Positions 30,034 through 42,086 of a DNA stretch of 64,000 bases are shown piece by piece. Origin of the DNA: Eledone cirrhosa (lineage: Eukaryota); NCBI GenBank assembly GCA_964016885.1, contig OZ024740.1, forward strand, positions 60,636,001 to 60,700,000. The letters are read 5' to 3'. Position 1 is the first letter of the stretch. Every line of letters begins with the position of its first letter. Under the pieces are notes generated by a model that ran no database searches, was not told the origin of the DNA, and was given only the letters and a program-made list of their open reading frames with translations. Position numbers and translations under genes: made by a program.

Positions 30034-30611
30034 TGTGTTGGAAGATGTTCAAGAAGGTGAAATTCCCTAGACAGGAGAACTAAAACACAAAAAAAAAAAA
30101 GTTAATGCATCACAAAAGAAAAAACGAACAGTATTTGGAGCAGGCTGTCAGAATAAATAACATTATATTTGCTATGAATGAATAAGAAAATTGTTTCCAT
30201 ATTAAAATAAAGAATATATAATTTTTAAGGGACACCATGAAAGCAGAATGGTAAAGATGTTTTAAATGTAAGAGAAGACATAACTGACTTAGATACTGTT
30301 ATAATCAAAACAAATTGCTATCTCTGAAAAGAAAACATACTCAACCATGTATGTATGTGTGTATGTGTGTGTGTATGTACATATGTATGTATGCGTGTGT
30401 GTATGTGCGCGTGTGTGTATGTACATGTGTGTGTGTGTGTATGTACATATGTATGTGTGTGTGTATGTATGTATGTTTGTGTGTGTGTGTATGTATGTAT
30501 GTGTGTGGGTGTGTATGTTTGTGTGTGTGCGTGTATGCATGTATGTATGTGTATGTATGTATATGTATGTATGTGTGTGTGTATGTATGTATGTGTGTAT
30601 GTATGTATGTA

Positions 30612-30866
30612 CATTCCCTTTCTCTTAATTTCAAGTACATTTTTAACTGGCCACCTACCTAGTGGCAAGGTTGTAAAAGAAAAGAAATTGTCATCTCTTG
30701 AATAGCAAGAATGTTATGCAAATTTTGATGGTGCCAGATATCATAGCTATTTGTATATACATAAATTAGGGAGCTGCTCTCTTTGTCAACAAATCTAAGT
30801 TCAGTCATACTTTGGTCTAAATGGGCTGGTATATAACCTGTAGCTCCAATAATAATGGGTATGTAT
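30612..30866 (-). mobile_element. Older R4/Dong-like 3' end with (CATA)n tail
   Basis: Diverged copy of 48040-48290, abutting the (TATG/TG)n tract at 30345-30612. Confidence 0.8.
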
Positions 30867-31302
30867 CATCATCAGAGTTCTTACATCTACTTTATTCTTT
30901 TCATGCTTGCATTTTGAGACAGTTTTGATTTAATGACTTGATAACCTTCTTAAAGCAATTGCTTACCTTATTATAAAATATGGTATATATACCATTGAAG
31001 CTCCTCAAATTGCTAGATATAGCTGTAATGTTTATGAACGAGATAAGCAAATGTCATCACTGGTTTCTATAAACAGTGTTGATTCAATGTTTGTGGTGAC
31101 TAGCAACTGGCATACACAACCATATATGTGTCTTTGCACATATAAGCTCGCATATCTGACAAGATGTCGAAAAAGAGTCGAGCCCCATCACCTTGTTTGT
31201 ACCCTGAGCTGATCGATATCGAAACAGTTGTAATATGCAAATAAAGTTTGTACATATGCTGCAACACTGAATACTATTCTTTTAAATTTATTTACACTCA
31301 CC

Positions 31303-33151
31303 GTCACCCGCATAGTTAACCAAGTCGTACAGAATGGGGTTGTTCCGAAGGACTGGCATAGCAGCATCATCGTTAACTGTTATAAGGGTAAAGGAGATGC
31401 CCTAGATAGGAGTAACTATAGAGGCATTAAATTAATCGACCAGGCAAAAGTACCACAGACGCTCTTTTCATTGTACGACAACTACAGGAGAAGTACCTAG
31501 CTAAAGGTAAACCCCTATACTTAGCTTTTGTCGACTTGGAGAAAGCCTTCGACAGAGTCCCCCGCTCCATTATCTGGTGGGCTCTTAGAAAACTAGGTGT
31601 TGACGAATGGCTTGTGAGAGCTATACAAGCCATGTATAAAGAAACAGTCAGCAAGGTTAGAATTAACAACGAATATAGTGAAGAGTTTAGCGTAAAAGTT
31701 GGCGTCCATCAGGGCTCTGTTCTCAGCCCCCTACTATTTATTATTGCCCTTCAGGCTATAACAGAGGAGTTCAAGACCGGCTGCCCATGGGAACTCCTAT
31801 ACGCAGACGACCTGACACTCATAGCTGAATCAATGGCCGAGCTAGAGAAGAAATTCCAAACATGGAAGCACGGCCTAGAATCAAAAGGACTTAAAATTAA
31901 CCTGGCTAAGACTAAAGTTCTAGTTTGTAGGAAAGAAAATAAGGCGGCGGTCCCTTCTGGGAAATGGTCATGCTCAGTGTGTAGGAAAGGCGTAGGTAGA
32001 AACTCCATTTTATGTCCCAAATGCAATGTATGGGTGCATAAAAGATGTAGTGGGATCACAGGTAAGCTAACTAAGAACATAGATTTTACATGTGGCCGGT
32101 GCTCTGGTGCAATAAGTATCAGCAAGTGCCCACAAAATAATAGCTCTTTCAATTGCGCAGAGGGTTCTATAGAAATAGTGGACAGCTTCCGTTACCTGGG
32201 CGATAAAATCAGCAGTGGGGGAGGGTGCTCTGAAAGTACAGTAGCTAGAGTCAGAACTGGTTGGAAAAAGTTCAGAGAGCTTATACCACTATTAGCTGCT
32301 AAAGGGTTCTCCCTAAAAATGAAAGGCAGGTTGTATGATGCCTGCATACGAACAGCAATGTTGCATGGCAGTGAGACCTGGGCATTGTGTGCAGAGGATA
32401 TACGCAGACTAGAGAGGAATGAAGCTTGCATGCTCCGCTGGATGTGTAACAGTAATATACGTGAACGGCAAAGCATAAACGAACTAAGGAAAAAATTAGA
32501 AATAAGAGGGATCAGATGTTGTTTACTCGAGAGAAGGCTACGTTGGTATGGACACATGATGCGCATGAAAGTCGATAGCTGTATAACAAAGTGCAGGGCA
32601 ATAAAGATAGACAGTAGCCACGGAATAGGCAGACCTAGAAAAACCTGGGACGAGCTGATAAACTCCGACCTCACACACTTACACCTCTCCAAGACAATGT
32701 CACTGGACCGAGACCTTTGGCGGTACTCAGTAACAGAGAAGACCCGCCTTACCTAAATACATAGTAAAACCTACTACAGCCAGTAGGCATCTCTAACAAA
32801 ATACACCCCGTCCCACCACCCCCACCCCATCCACACCACCCCGTTCTATGTAAAGTTATGTTGGTGCCGCGCCATCCAGGCCGAAACAAATGAGATCGTG
32901 TAGGTGTCACGACAAAAAAACACACAGTCCACGCTGTAATGTGGCCGTGTAGGCAACACGGTAAAAACCTCCCAGACCCACACTGTAAATGTGGTTGGTG
33001 TTAGGAAGGGCATCCAACTGTAGAAAACCTGCCAGACAGTCCTATGCGAGCAAGACAATCACTCTTGCCTCAAGTGGGAATACCCCCGTCCAAACCCATG
33101 CAAGCGTGGAACACGGACGTTAAACGTTGATGATGATGATGATGATGATGA
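31303..33151 (+). mobile_element. RTE LINE subfamily 1, 5'-truncated; RT ORF 31536-32756
   Basis: DLEKAFD, GVHQGSVLSP, LLYADD, PHD finger, (GAT)n tail; 85-nt deletion at about 31443. Confidence 0.95.
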
Positions 33152-33407
33152 CTCTGCACACTAAAGCCATAACTCTGGAATACAACCCAACCAAAATGGG
33201 CTTCATAACAGCATTGAGTGCTTTGAACGGCGTGCCACCTGTAACTGTTTTTACACACTTAACCAACATATATATACACATATATATATATATATATATT
33301 GAAATGGAACCATCAGGAGGGCACTTTTACAACCCCTTTCTAAAACACTCCTTAAACACCCACAACACTCCCAATCAATTATCATGCTCTTACCATTCAC
33401 TATTTTC

Positions 33408-33442
<35 letters not shown>

Positions 33443-33529
33443 CATACTCTCAAGCATGAACCTAATACTAACACCTTGTACTGCACTCTTCGTTATTGTT
33501 TTTGTTTTTTTGTTTTAACTTATATATAT

Positions 33530-33790
33530 CATCATCATCATCATCATTTTTTACGTCCGCTTTTCCCTGCTTGCAAGGGTGGGACGGGAACTGATTCTGG
33601 CTTGATTTCTACAGCTGGATGCCCTTCCTAACACCAACCTCATTTACAGTGAATGCTGGGTGTTTTTTTACTGTGGCACCTACACGACCACTTTGCAGTG
33701 GAATGATAGGGACCCCAGTCCCTATCATCTCATTTCTACAGCTGAGTAAACTGGAGCAATGTGAAATAAAATGTCTTGCTCAAGGAAACA
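33530..33790 (-). mobile_element. SINE family 2, 5'-truncated
   Basis: Matches 46433-46827. Confidence 0.8.
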
Positions 33791-34289
33791 ATATATATAT
33801 GTGTATGCTTTAATTCCTTTAAAGCTTCATCAACACTCCTTCACTCCCACACTCATTAAGAAAACCCTCCCCCTAACACACCCAAATCTCTTATATATAG
33901 AGTCACACATCACAACACAACTTGAGATCAGTTTGACAATTGCCACCGATGAATGCGAGAAAGTTCTCCAGGAAAATTAACCAGGAATCTTTAAAAAGTC
34001 TCCCTACTGAAGTTAACTTCTAGATCTACAAAACGAAATTGTAAAATTATAATATTATAAAATTAAATTAAATTGTTTAGAACTACAAGTGAAGCCATCC
34101 TTTTCCTTTTTCTTTAAATATATATATATATCACAAAGAAGTCATCATGATTTCTTTTGAATGAAACAGTTCTAGTCCTGTAGAAGCCATTTCTATATTA
34201 AATTTGATGTTTTCACTCTACTAATATATTGTGTACCTTACTTACTGTGGTTACGCCCAATTGAACCTGGAACTCACAAACATATTATA

Positions 34290-34327
<38 letters not shown>

Positions 34328-34562
34328 ATTTCAGCGAGATTCGTATTTCAGCCAGGGTTGAAAACAAGCGAACCGCAATATCCGAGTTATGCTGGCAAGT
34401 GCTCCATGGACCAAATAGAGACCAGAGCAATAAACATAGGTTATAAGGCCAAACAAACTGAGATGGCGGTCAAGAAGCCATCAACCACCTAAGCCAAAAA
34501 GACGAGGCAAGCTAAACAGGTCAAACAAAATAAATGAAATATATATATATATATATATATAT

Positions 34563-36197
34563 ATCATCATCATCATCATCATCATCATCACCGTTTTACG
34601 TCCGTTCTTCCACGCTAGCATGGGTTAGACGGGTTGTCCTGTTGTGGGCAGTGTCTGGTCGGCTGACCATGCCTTGCTCATACAGGAACTGATCTGGCTT
34701 GATTTCTACAGCTGGATGCCCTTCCTAACACCAACCTCATTTACAGTGAGTGCTGGGTGCTTTTTCGTGGCGCCTACACGTCCACTTTACAGTGTGGGCT
34801 GGGTGCTTTTTTGCCGTGGCACCTCCACTACCACCTTGCGGTGGGGGGAGTGGGGGCATATTGTTTATATGCTTCAGCATGTACCCATGGGAGGTCGGGT
34901 ACCCTGTATTACTGCGTGACGCCAGAAGTCACGGTCGTGTGTCATTGACTTTGAGAGGTGTAGTTGGGTAAGGTCGGCTTTTATCACCTCATCCCAAGTC
35001 ATCTTGGGTCTCCCCACTCCGCGGTTTCCATCAACTTCTAGTGCTCTGCACCTTTTTATGCAGCTGTCATCCTTCATATGCATCACATGTCCATACCAGC
35101 ATAACCGCCTCTCCTGCACGCAGCATTTGATTCCTCTTATGCTCAGTCTCTCTCTCAATTCCTTTATGCTTTGTCGTTCACGTATATTACTGTTACACAT
35201 CCATCGGAGCATGCAGGCTTCGTTTCTCTCTAATCTACGTAAGTCTTCCACCTTCAGCGCCCAGGTCTCACTACCATGCAACATCGCTGTTCGGATACAT
35301 GCATCATACAGTCTGCCTTTCATTCTGAGGGAGGAGCCTTTTGCAGCTAGCAGTGGTAGTAGTTCCCTAAACTTCTTCCATCCCATTCTTACCCTAGTTA
35401 TTGTACCTTCTGAGCACCCACCTCCGTTGCTAATTCGGTCACCTAGGTAGCAGAAGCTGTCTACTGTTTCTACAGGGCCCTCCCAGAGATTGGTGGTACT
35501 TGTTTCCTGTGGCTGTTTGCTTGCTGTTTCAGCACAGCTGCTGCATGTGAATCCTACATTCTTAATTAAGCTTCCTGAGATCCCGCTACATCTCTTGTGT
35601 ACCCATTGTTTGCATTTGGGGCAGAGAATGAAGTTCCTACCTACACCTTTCCTACATACTGAGCAAGGCCATTTCCCTGAGGGGATCTGGGTTCTGTTTT
35701 CTCGTCTACTTACAAGGACCTTAGTCTTTGTCATGTTGACTTTGAGGCCCTTTCTCTCTAGTCCCTGCTTCCAGGTTTGGAATTTATTCTCTAGTTCTAC
35801 CATAGATTCAGCTATGAGTGCGAGGTCATCAGTATACAGGAGTTCCCATGGGCATCCGGTCTTAAACTCCTCTGTTATTGCCTGCAGGACTATGATGAAC
35901 AGGAGAGGGCTAAGAACAGAGCCCTGGTGGACCCCAACCTGTACGCTAAATTCCTCGCTATACTCATTGCTAATCCTAACTTTGCTGACTGCTCCCCTAT
36001 ACATCGCTTGTACCACTTTCACAAGCCATTCATCTACTCCTAGTTTTCTAAGAGCCCACCAGATTACTGCACGTGGAACTCTGTCAAAGGCTTTCTCAAG
36101 GTCGACAAATGCCAAGTAGAGTGGCTTACTTTTAGCTAGGTACTTTTCCTGTAATTGCCTCACAAGGAAGAGGGCATCAGTGGTGCCTTTCCCTGGT

Positions 36198-36202
<5 letters not shown>
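34563..36202 (-). mobile_element. RTE LINE subfamily 2, 5'-truncated; RT ORF about 34874-36200
   Basis: FVPGKGTTDA, DLEKAFD, QGSVLSP, catalytic YADD mutated to YTDD, PHD finger, (GAT)n tail. Confidence 0.95.
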
Positions 36203-36245
<43 letters not shown>

Positions 36246-36258
36246 ACCTTTCCCTGGT

Positions 36259-36297
<39 letters not shown>

Positions 36298-36413
36298 TTT
36301 TACCAAGGGTAAATAGTGAAGCCTTAACAAAATGAATATTTGAACTCTACTTCTGTATTGAGTACTCTTTTCTGTCAGCCATCAACAACATACGGATGGA
36401 TATATATATATAT

Positions 36414-38636
36414 AATGTGTCAAGGAAAACCGTGATATTGTCGGGGAGAAGTGTGTCCTTAATGATGATGATGTACTTGCCATCACTGACGCTGATAAGA
36501 AGGTAGCTTGGAAGTGTCACGACGAAAGGCTACTAAATGAGGAGAATAAATGGGAGAAAGACAGTCTCCCCCACATCGATCCAATAGAGGGACCAGCAGT
36601 GTTAGTCGAAGGTAGTATAATAAGTAAGGCAATCAAAGATATGAAGACGGTTAAGGCGGCTGGGCCTTCGGAAATAATTGCTGAAATGCTGAAAACATCT
36701 GGAACGGTGGGACACACTATAGTCACCCGGATAGTAAACCAAGTCATACAGAATGGGGCCATTCCGAAGGACTGGCATAGCAGCATCATCATTAACTGCT
36801 ACAAGGGTAAAGGAGATGCTCTTGATAGGGGTAACTATAGAGGCATTAAATTAATCGACCAGGTCATGAAGGTCACAGAAAAAGTAATAGCGCAACTAAT
36901 CAGAGAACGAATTGATCTAGATGAAATGCAGTTCGGGTTTGTGTCAGGTAAAAGTACCACAGACGCTCTTTTCATTGTACGACAACTACAGGAGAAGTAC
37001 CTAGCTAAAAGTAAACCCCTATACTTAGCTTTTGTTGACTTGGAGAAAGCCTTTGACAGAGTACCCCGTTCCATTATCTGGTGGGCGCTTAGAAAACTAG
37101 GTGTTGACGAATGGCTTGTGAGAGCTATACAAGCCATGTATAAAGAAACAGTCAGCAAGTTTAGAATTAACAATGAATATAGTGAAGAGTTTAGTGTAAA
37201 AGTTGGTGTTCTTAGCCCCCTACTATTTATTATTGCCCTTCAGGCTATAACAGAGGAGTTCAAGACCGGCTGCCCATGGGAACTCCTATATGCAGATGAT
37301 CTAACGCTCATAGCTGAATCAATGGCTGAACTAGAGAAGAAATTCCAAACATGGAAGCATGGCCTAGAATCAAAAGGCCTTAAAGTTAACTTGTCTAAGA
37401 CTAAAGTTCTAGTTTGTAGGAAGGAAAATAGGGCACCGGTCCCATCTGGGAAATGGCCATGCTCAGTGTGTAGGAAAGGAGTAGGCAGAAACTCCATTTT
37501 ATGTCCCAAATGCAAAGTATGGGTGCATAAAAGATGTAGTGGGATCACAGGTAAGCTAACTAAGAATATAGATTCTATATGTGGCCGGTGCTCTGGTGCA
37601 ATAAGTAGCAGCAAGTGCCCACAGAATACTAGCTCATTCCATTGCACAGATGGTTCTATAGAAATAGTGGACACCTTCCGTTACCTGGGTGACAAAATCA
37701 GCAGTGGGGGAGGGTGCTCTGAAAGTACAGTAGCTAGAGTCAGAACGGGATGGAAAAAGTTCAGAGAGCTTATACCACTATTGGCCGCTAAAGGGTTCTC
37801 TCTAAAAATGAAAGGCAGGCTGTATGATGCCTGCATACGAACAGCAATGTTACATGGGAGTGACACCTGGGCATTGTGTGCAGAGGATATACGCAGACTG
37901 GAGAGAAACGAAGCTTGCATGCTCCGCTGGATGTGTAATAGTAATATACGTGAACGGCAAAGCATAAACGAACTAAGGGAGAAATTAGGAATAAGAGGGA
38001 TCAGATGTTGTTTAATCGAGAGAAGACTACGTTGGTACGGTTACGTGATGCGCATGAAAGACAACAGCTGTATAAAAAAGTGCAGGGCGATAAAAATAGA
38101 CGGTAGCCATGGAGTAGGCAGACCCAGAAAAACCTAGGATGACTTGATAAATTCCGACCTCACACACTTACACCTCTCTAAGACAATGTCACTGGACCGA
38201 GATCTTTGGCGCTACACAGTCATACAGACTGCGTTGCCTAAGTACAAAGCGAAACCTACAGTCAGTAGGCACCTCTAAAAAAATACACCCCCGTCCCACT
38301 ACCCCCACCCCATCCACACCGCCCCTTTCAATGTAAAGTTATGTTGGTGCCACAACATCCAGTCCGAAACAAATGAGGTCGTGTAGGTGTCACGACAAAA
38401 AAAAACACACAGTCCACGCTGTAATGTGGCCATGTAGGTAACACGGTAAAAACCTCCCAGTCCACACTGTAAATGTGGTTGGTGTTAGGAAGGGCATCCA
38501 GCCGTAGAAAACCCGCCAGTCAGTCCTATACGAGCAGGACAACAAATTTTGCCTCAAGTGGGAAAACTCCCGTCCAAACCCATGCAAGCGTGGAAGATGG
38601 ACGTTAAACGATGATGATGATGATGATGATGATGAT
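36414..38636 (+). mobile_element. RTE LINE subfamily 1b, 5'-truncated; ORF 36599-38137
   Basis: RT domains present; 15-nt in-frame loss of HQGSV and a premature TGG>TAG at 38135; (GAT)n tail. Confidence 0.95.
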
Positions 38637-38990
38637 ACTAGAGTAAAGCATGTCCAGAGAATTATTTGATAATATATATACATCATCTCTACTCCTAATT
38701 AGCACAATTAACCACACAAAAATCAATTAAACCAGGCTATAAGAATTAAAGGCATCTATGAAGAAACAGTAAATAGATACTGTCGTGCTGTCGAAATGTT
38801 GGGTAGATATTCTATAGCGGTTGCACGTGAAGACGCCGCGATGGTGTATCTATTTACTGTTTCTTCATAGATGCCTTTAATTCTTATACCCTGGTCTAAT
38901 TGATTTTTGTGTGGTTAATTGTGCTAATTAGGAGTAGAGATGATGTATATATATTATCAAATAATTCTCTGGACATGCTTTACTCCAGTA
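38637..38990. repeat. Long inverted repeat (about 144-bp arms, about 65-bp spacer)
   Basis: 38637-38780 is the near-perfect reverse complement of 38846-38990. Confidence 0.92.
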
Positions 38991-39093
38991 TTTCGCTCTG
39001 ATTAATTTATTAATTCTCCATTGAGCCACAACGTGAAAAGTTGCAAAAACACCTGTAACTGTTTAATTGGTGTATGTGTAAATATTTATATTT

Positions 39094-39140
<47 letters not shown>

Positions 39141-39438
39141 GTATTTTCTATACCTAAATGCTCAATCAGTTAATGTAGGAATCTTCTAAAGTCTACGGTA
39201 TTTTAAACACACATTCCAACCATCATCATCATCATTTAACAGACAGTTTTTACTGGAAGCAAGAGTTGGACTAATATATATAAATATATAATCAAAGAAG
39301 GAGTGTCTAGCGTTATAATAGTAATAAATAGCAATTCCATTGCCTAGGGGGCAGTTGATGAGGAAGGTAAATGTTTTGTTCATTCATCTCATGTATTTCA
39401 TTTTCTTTTTTTGTTTATTTTCTGAGCACAACTTTGCA

Positions 39439-39565
39439 ATTTATAGACAATCATATATATATTTATAGACAATCATATATATATATATATTTATAGACAA
39501 TCATATATATATTTATAGACAATCATATATATATATATATTTATAGACAATCATATATATATATA
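39439..39565. repeat. Minisatellite ATTTATAGACAATC(AT)n x5
   Basis: Direct inspection. Confidence 0.9.
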
Positions 39566-39606
<41 letters not shown>

Positions 39607-39791
39607 AAATAAAATGAAAACGAAATTTCATTTCTCACTCTTAGTACGGCACTTACTTTTATTTCAACTTATCGTTTTCGGTATGCCTGACCGACTTAGC
39701 TCACTCAATATGCAAATTAGGCTGCTCAGCCGTTAATTTTCATAAGGAAAGTATATACTTTCGAACGTTCAACTATCTGGCAGATGGGTAT

Positions 39792-39834
39792 ACGGTGCTG
39801 ATGATAGCTAACAAGCTTGAAACTAGTACATCGT
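39792..39834 (+). ncRNA. Minimal type I hammerhead ribozyme, copy 1
   Basis: ACGGTG-CTGATGA-tAGCT aaca AGCTt-GAAA-CTAG-TA^CATCGT; predicted cleavage after 39828. Confidence 0.85.
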
Positions 39835-39988
39835 TCCTGTGTCAGTGTTGAACAAAAAGGTGACGTGGTTGCCTTAACACCGTACGGCAAAAAAATTCAG
39901 GCTGTTCAGTTTGTTTACAAACGAACAAAGCGGCGTTATAATAAGCGTCCGCTAAACTGATACGTGCATATATGTATGTGTACCTGTA

Positions 39989-40074
<86 letters not shown>

Positions 40075-40310
40075 TGCTACTGTACGTCTGTATACATATA
40101 TGTATGTACGTATACACGCATACTTACATTTAAGTAAGTGCCGTACTAAGAGTGAGAAATGAAATTTCGTTTTCATTTTATTTCAACTTATCGTTTTCAG
40201 TATGCCTGACCGACTTAGCTCACTCGATATGCAAATTAGGCTGCTCAGCCGTTAATTTTCATAAGGAAAGTATATACTTTCGAACGTTCAACTATCTGGC
40301 AGATGGGTAT

Positions 40311-40353
40311 ACGGTGCTGATGATAGCTAACAAGCTTGAAACTAGTACATCGT
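40311..40353 (+). ncRNA. Minimal type I hammerhead ribozyme, copy 2
   Basis: Identical motif; predicted cleavage after 40347. Confidence 0.85.
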
Positions 40354-40507
40354 TCCTGTGTCAGTGTTGAACAAAAAGGTGACGTGGTTGCCTTAACACC
40401 GTACGGCATAAAAATTCAGGCTGTTCAGTTTGTTTACAAACGAACAAAGCGGCGTTATAATAAGCGTCCGCTAAACTGATACGTGCATATATGTATGTGT
40501 ACCTGTA

Positions 40508-40577
<70 letters not shown>

Positions 40578-40813
40578 TGCTACTGTACGTCTGTATACAT
40601 ATATGTATGTACGTATACACACATACTTACATTTAAGTAAGTGCCATACTAAGAGTGAGAAATGAAATTTCGTTTTCATTTTATTTCAACTTATCGTTTT
40701 CGGTATGCCTGACCGACTTAGCTCACTCGATATGCAAATTAGGCTGCTCAGCCGTTAATTTTCATAAGGAAAGTATATACTTTCGAACGTTCAACTATCT
40801 GGGAGATGGGTAT

Positions 40814-40856
40814 ACGGTGCTGATGATAGCTAACAAGCTTGAAACTAGTACATCGT
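40814..40856 (+). ncRNA. Minimal type I hammerhead ribozyme, copy 3
   Basis: Identical motif; predicted cleavage after 40850. Confidence 0.85.
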
Positions 40857-41009
40857 TCCTGTGTCAGTGTTGAACAAAAGGTGACGTGGTTGCCTTAACA
40901 CCGTACGGCATAAAAATTCAGGCTGTTCAGTTTGTTTACAAACGAACAAAGCGGCGTTATAATAAGCGTCCGCTAAACTGATGCGTGCATATATGTATGT
41001 GTACCTGTA

Positions 41010-41059
<50 letters not shown>

Positions 41060-41171
41060 TGCTACTGTACGTCTGTATACATATATGTATGTACGTATAC
41101 ACACATACTTACATATATATATATTAATCGATGAAAAAAGAGTTAGTTGATGTGTGATCAACTTGTTCATA

Positions 41172-41410
41172 TCATTATCATCATCAGTCCCTTAACTTCT
41201 GTAGTCGTCGGGGGAATCCTACCGCAGAAGCAGCACACACTCAAAATAGTCTATCAACAAATCTGGTATCGTCATTTGTGTCCACTCTTTGACATTGTCC
41301 AACCAGTTTTTGCGTTGGCGTCTCTCCCTGCGTCCACCTTCTCAACAGTGCCTTCTATCATGGTTTTGCATGGGCTGTCATGTCATGTGAGCTGGACAAA
41401 CCAGGTTACG
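41172..41410 (-). mobile_element. BovB-like RTE 3' end (related fragment at about 13000-13155)
   Basis: HDSPCKTMIEGTVE followed by a frameshifted KNWLDNVKEWT-like C-terminus; (GAT)n tail. Confidence 0.65.
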
Positions 41411-41434
41411 TCACATGACATAACAGCCTATATA

Positions 41435-41535
41435 CAGGGTGTCCCCCAAAAATGTATACACACTTCAACAGCATTCTAATAAATATTGCCTGTACAGGTA
41501 ATCAGAGTGTGTATACATTTTTTTCGGACACCCTG
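41435..41535. mobile_element. Tc1/mariner-type MITE (deletion derivative of 54234-54458)
   Basis: TIR CAGGGTGTCC..AAAAATGTATACACACT and its complement; TA on the left flank. Confidence 0.8.
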
Positions 41536-41536
41536 T

Positions 41537-42086
41537 CATCATCATCATCATCATATCTTCCACGCTAGCATGGGTTAGACGGGAATTGTCCCAATTGAGA
41601 CAAGATTGGTTGGGTGACCGTGTCTCGCTCATATAGGACTATCTGGCAGGTTTTCTACAGCTGGATGCCCTTCCTAACACCAACCACATTTACAGTGAGA
41701 ACTGGGAGCTTTTTACTGTGTTACCTACACGACTATATTACAGTATGGACTGTGTGTTTTTTTTGCCATGACACCTACACAACCTCATTAGTTTGGACTG
41801 GATGTTGTGGTACCAACTTTACAGAGAAAGGGTGGTGTTGGTGGGAGTGGGAGGATGGAGTAAGGGTAGTGGGTTGGGTGTATATTTGGTTAAGAGGTGC
41901 CTACAGAGTGTAGGTTTCCTTTTGTACATAGGCAAAGTGGGTCGTCTGTATAAATGCGTGGCGCCAAAGATCTCGGTCCAGTTGCATTATCTTAGAGAGG
42001 TGCAAGTGTGTAAAGTCGGAATTTATCAAATCGTCCCAGGTATTTCTGGGTCTGCCTACTCCGTAACTTCCATCGATTTTGATCAC
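41537..42086 (-). mobile_element. Diverged RTE subfamily 1 3' end
   Basis: IKIDGSYGVGRPRNTWDDLINSD; 3' UTR and tail. Confidence 0.85.

Larger units (their letters stand above)
39604..41113 (+). mobile_element. Tandem trimer of hammerhead-containing ~500-bp units (retrozyme/PLE-dependent non-autonomous element) with 5' inversion
   Basis: Unit spacings of 519 and 503 bp, differing mainly in an internal (TA)n; 39604-39658 is the reverse complement of 40132-40186. Confidence 0.8.

Noticed and set aside
24783-30060. Long ORFs in the satellite, or a CRISPR-like array
   Set aside because: Pure tandem repeat with no unique spacers; frames are broken by 4-bp insertions; no cas genes
31200-31235. CTGAGCTGATCGATATCGAAACAGTT hammerhead-like motif (similar GAAACAGTT after a hairpin at about 34130-34181)
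   Set aside because: The CUGANGA box is broken or absent and stem I is weak; at most a decayed pLTR
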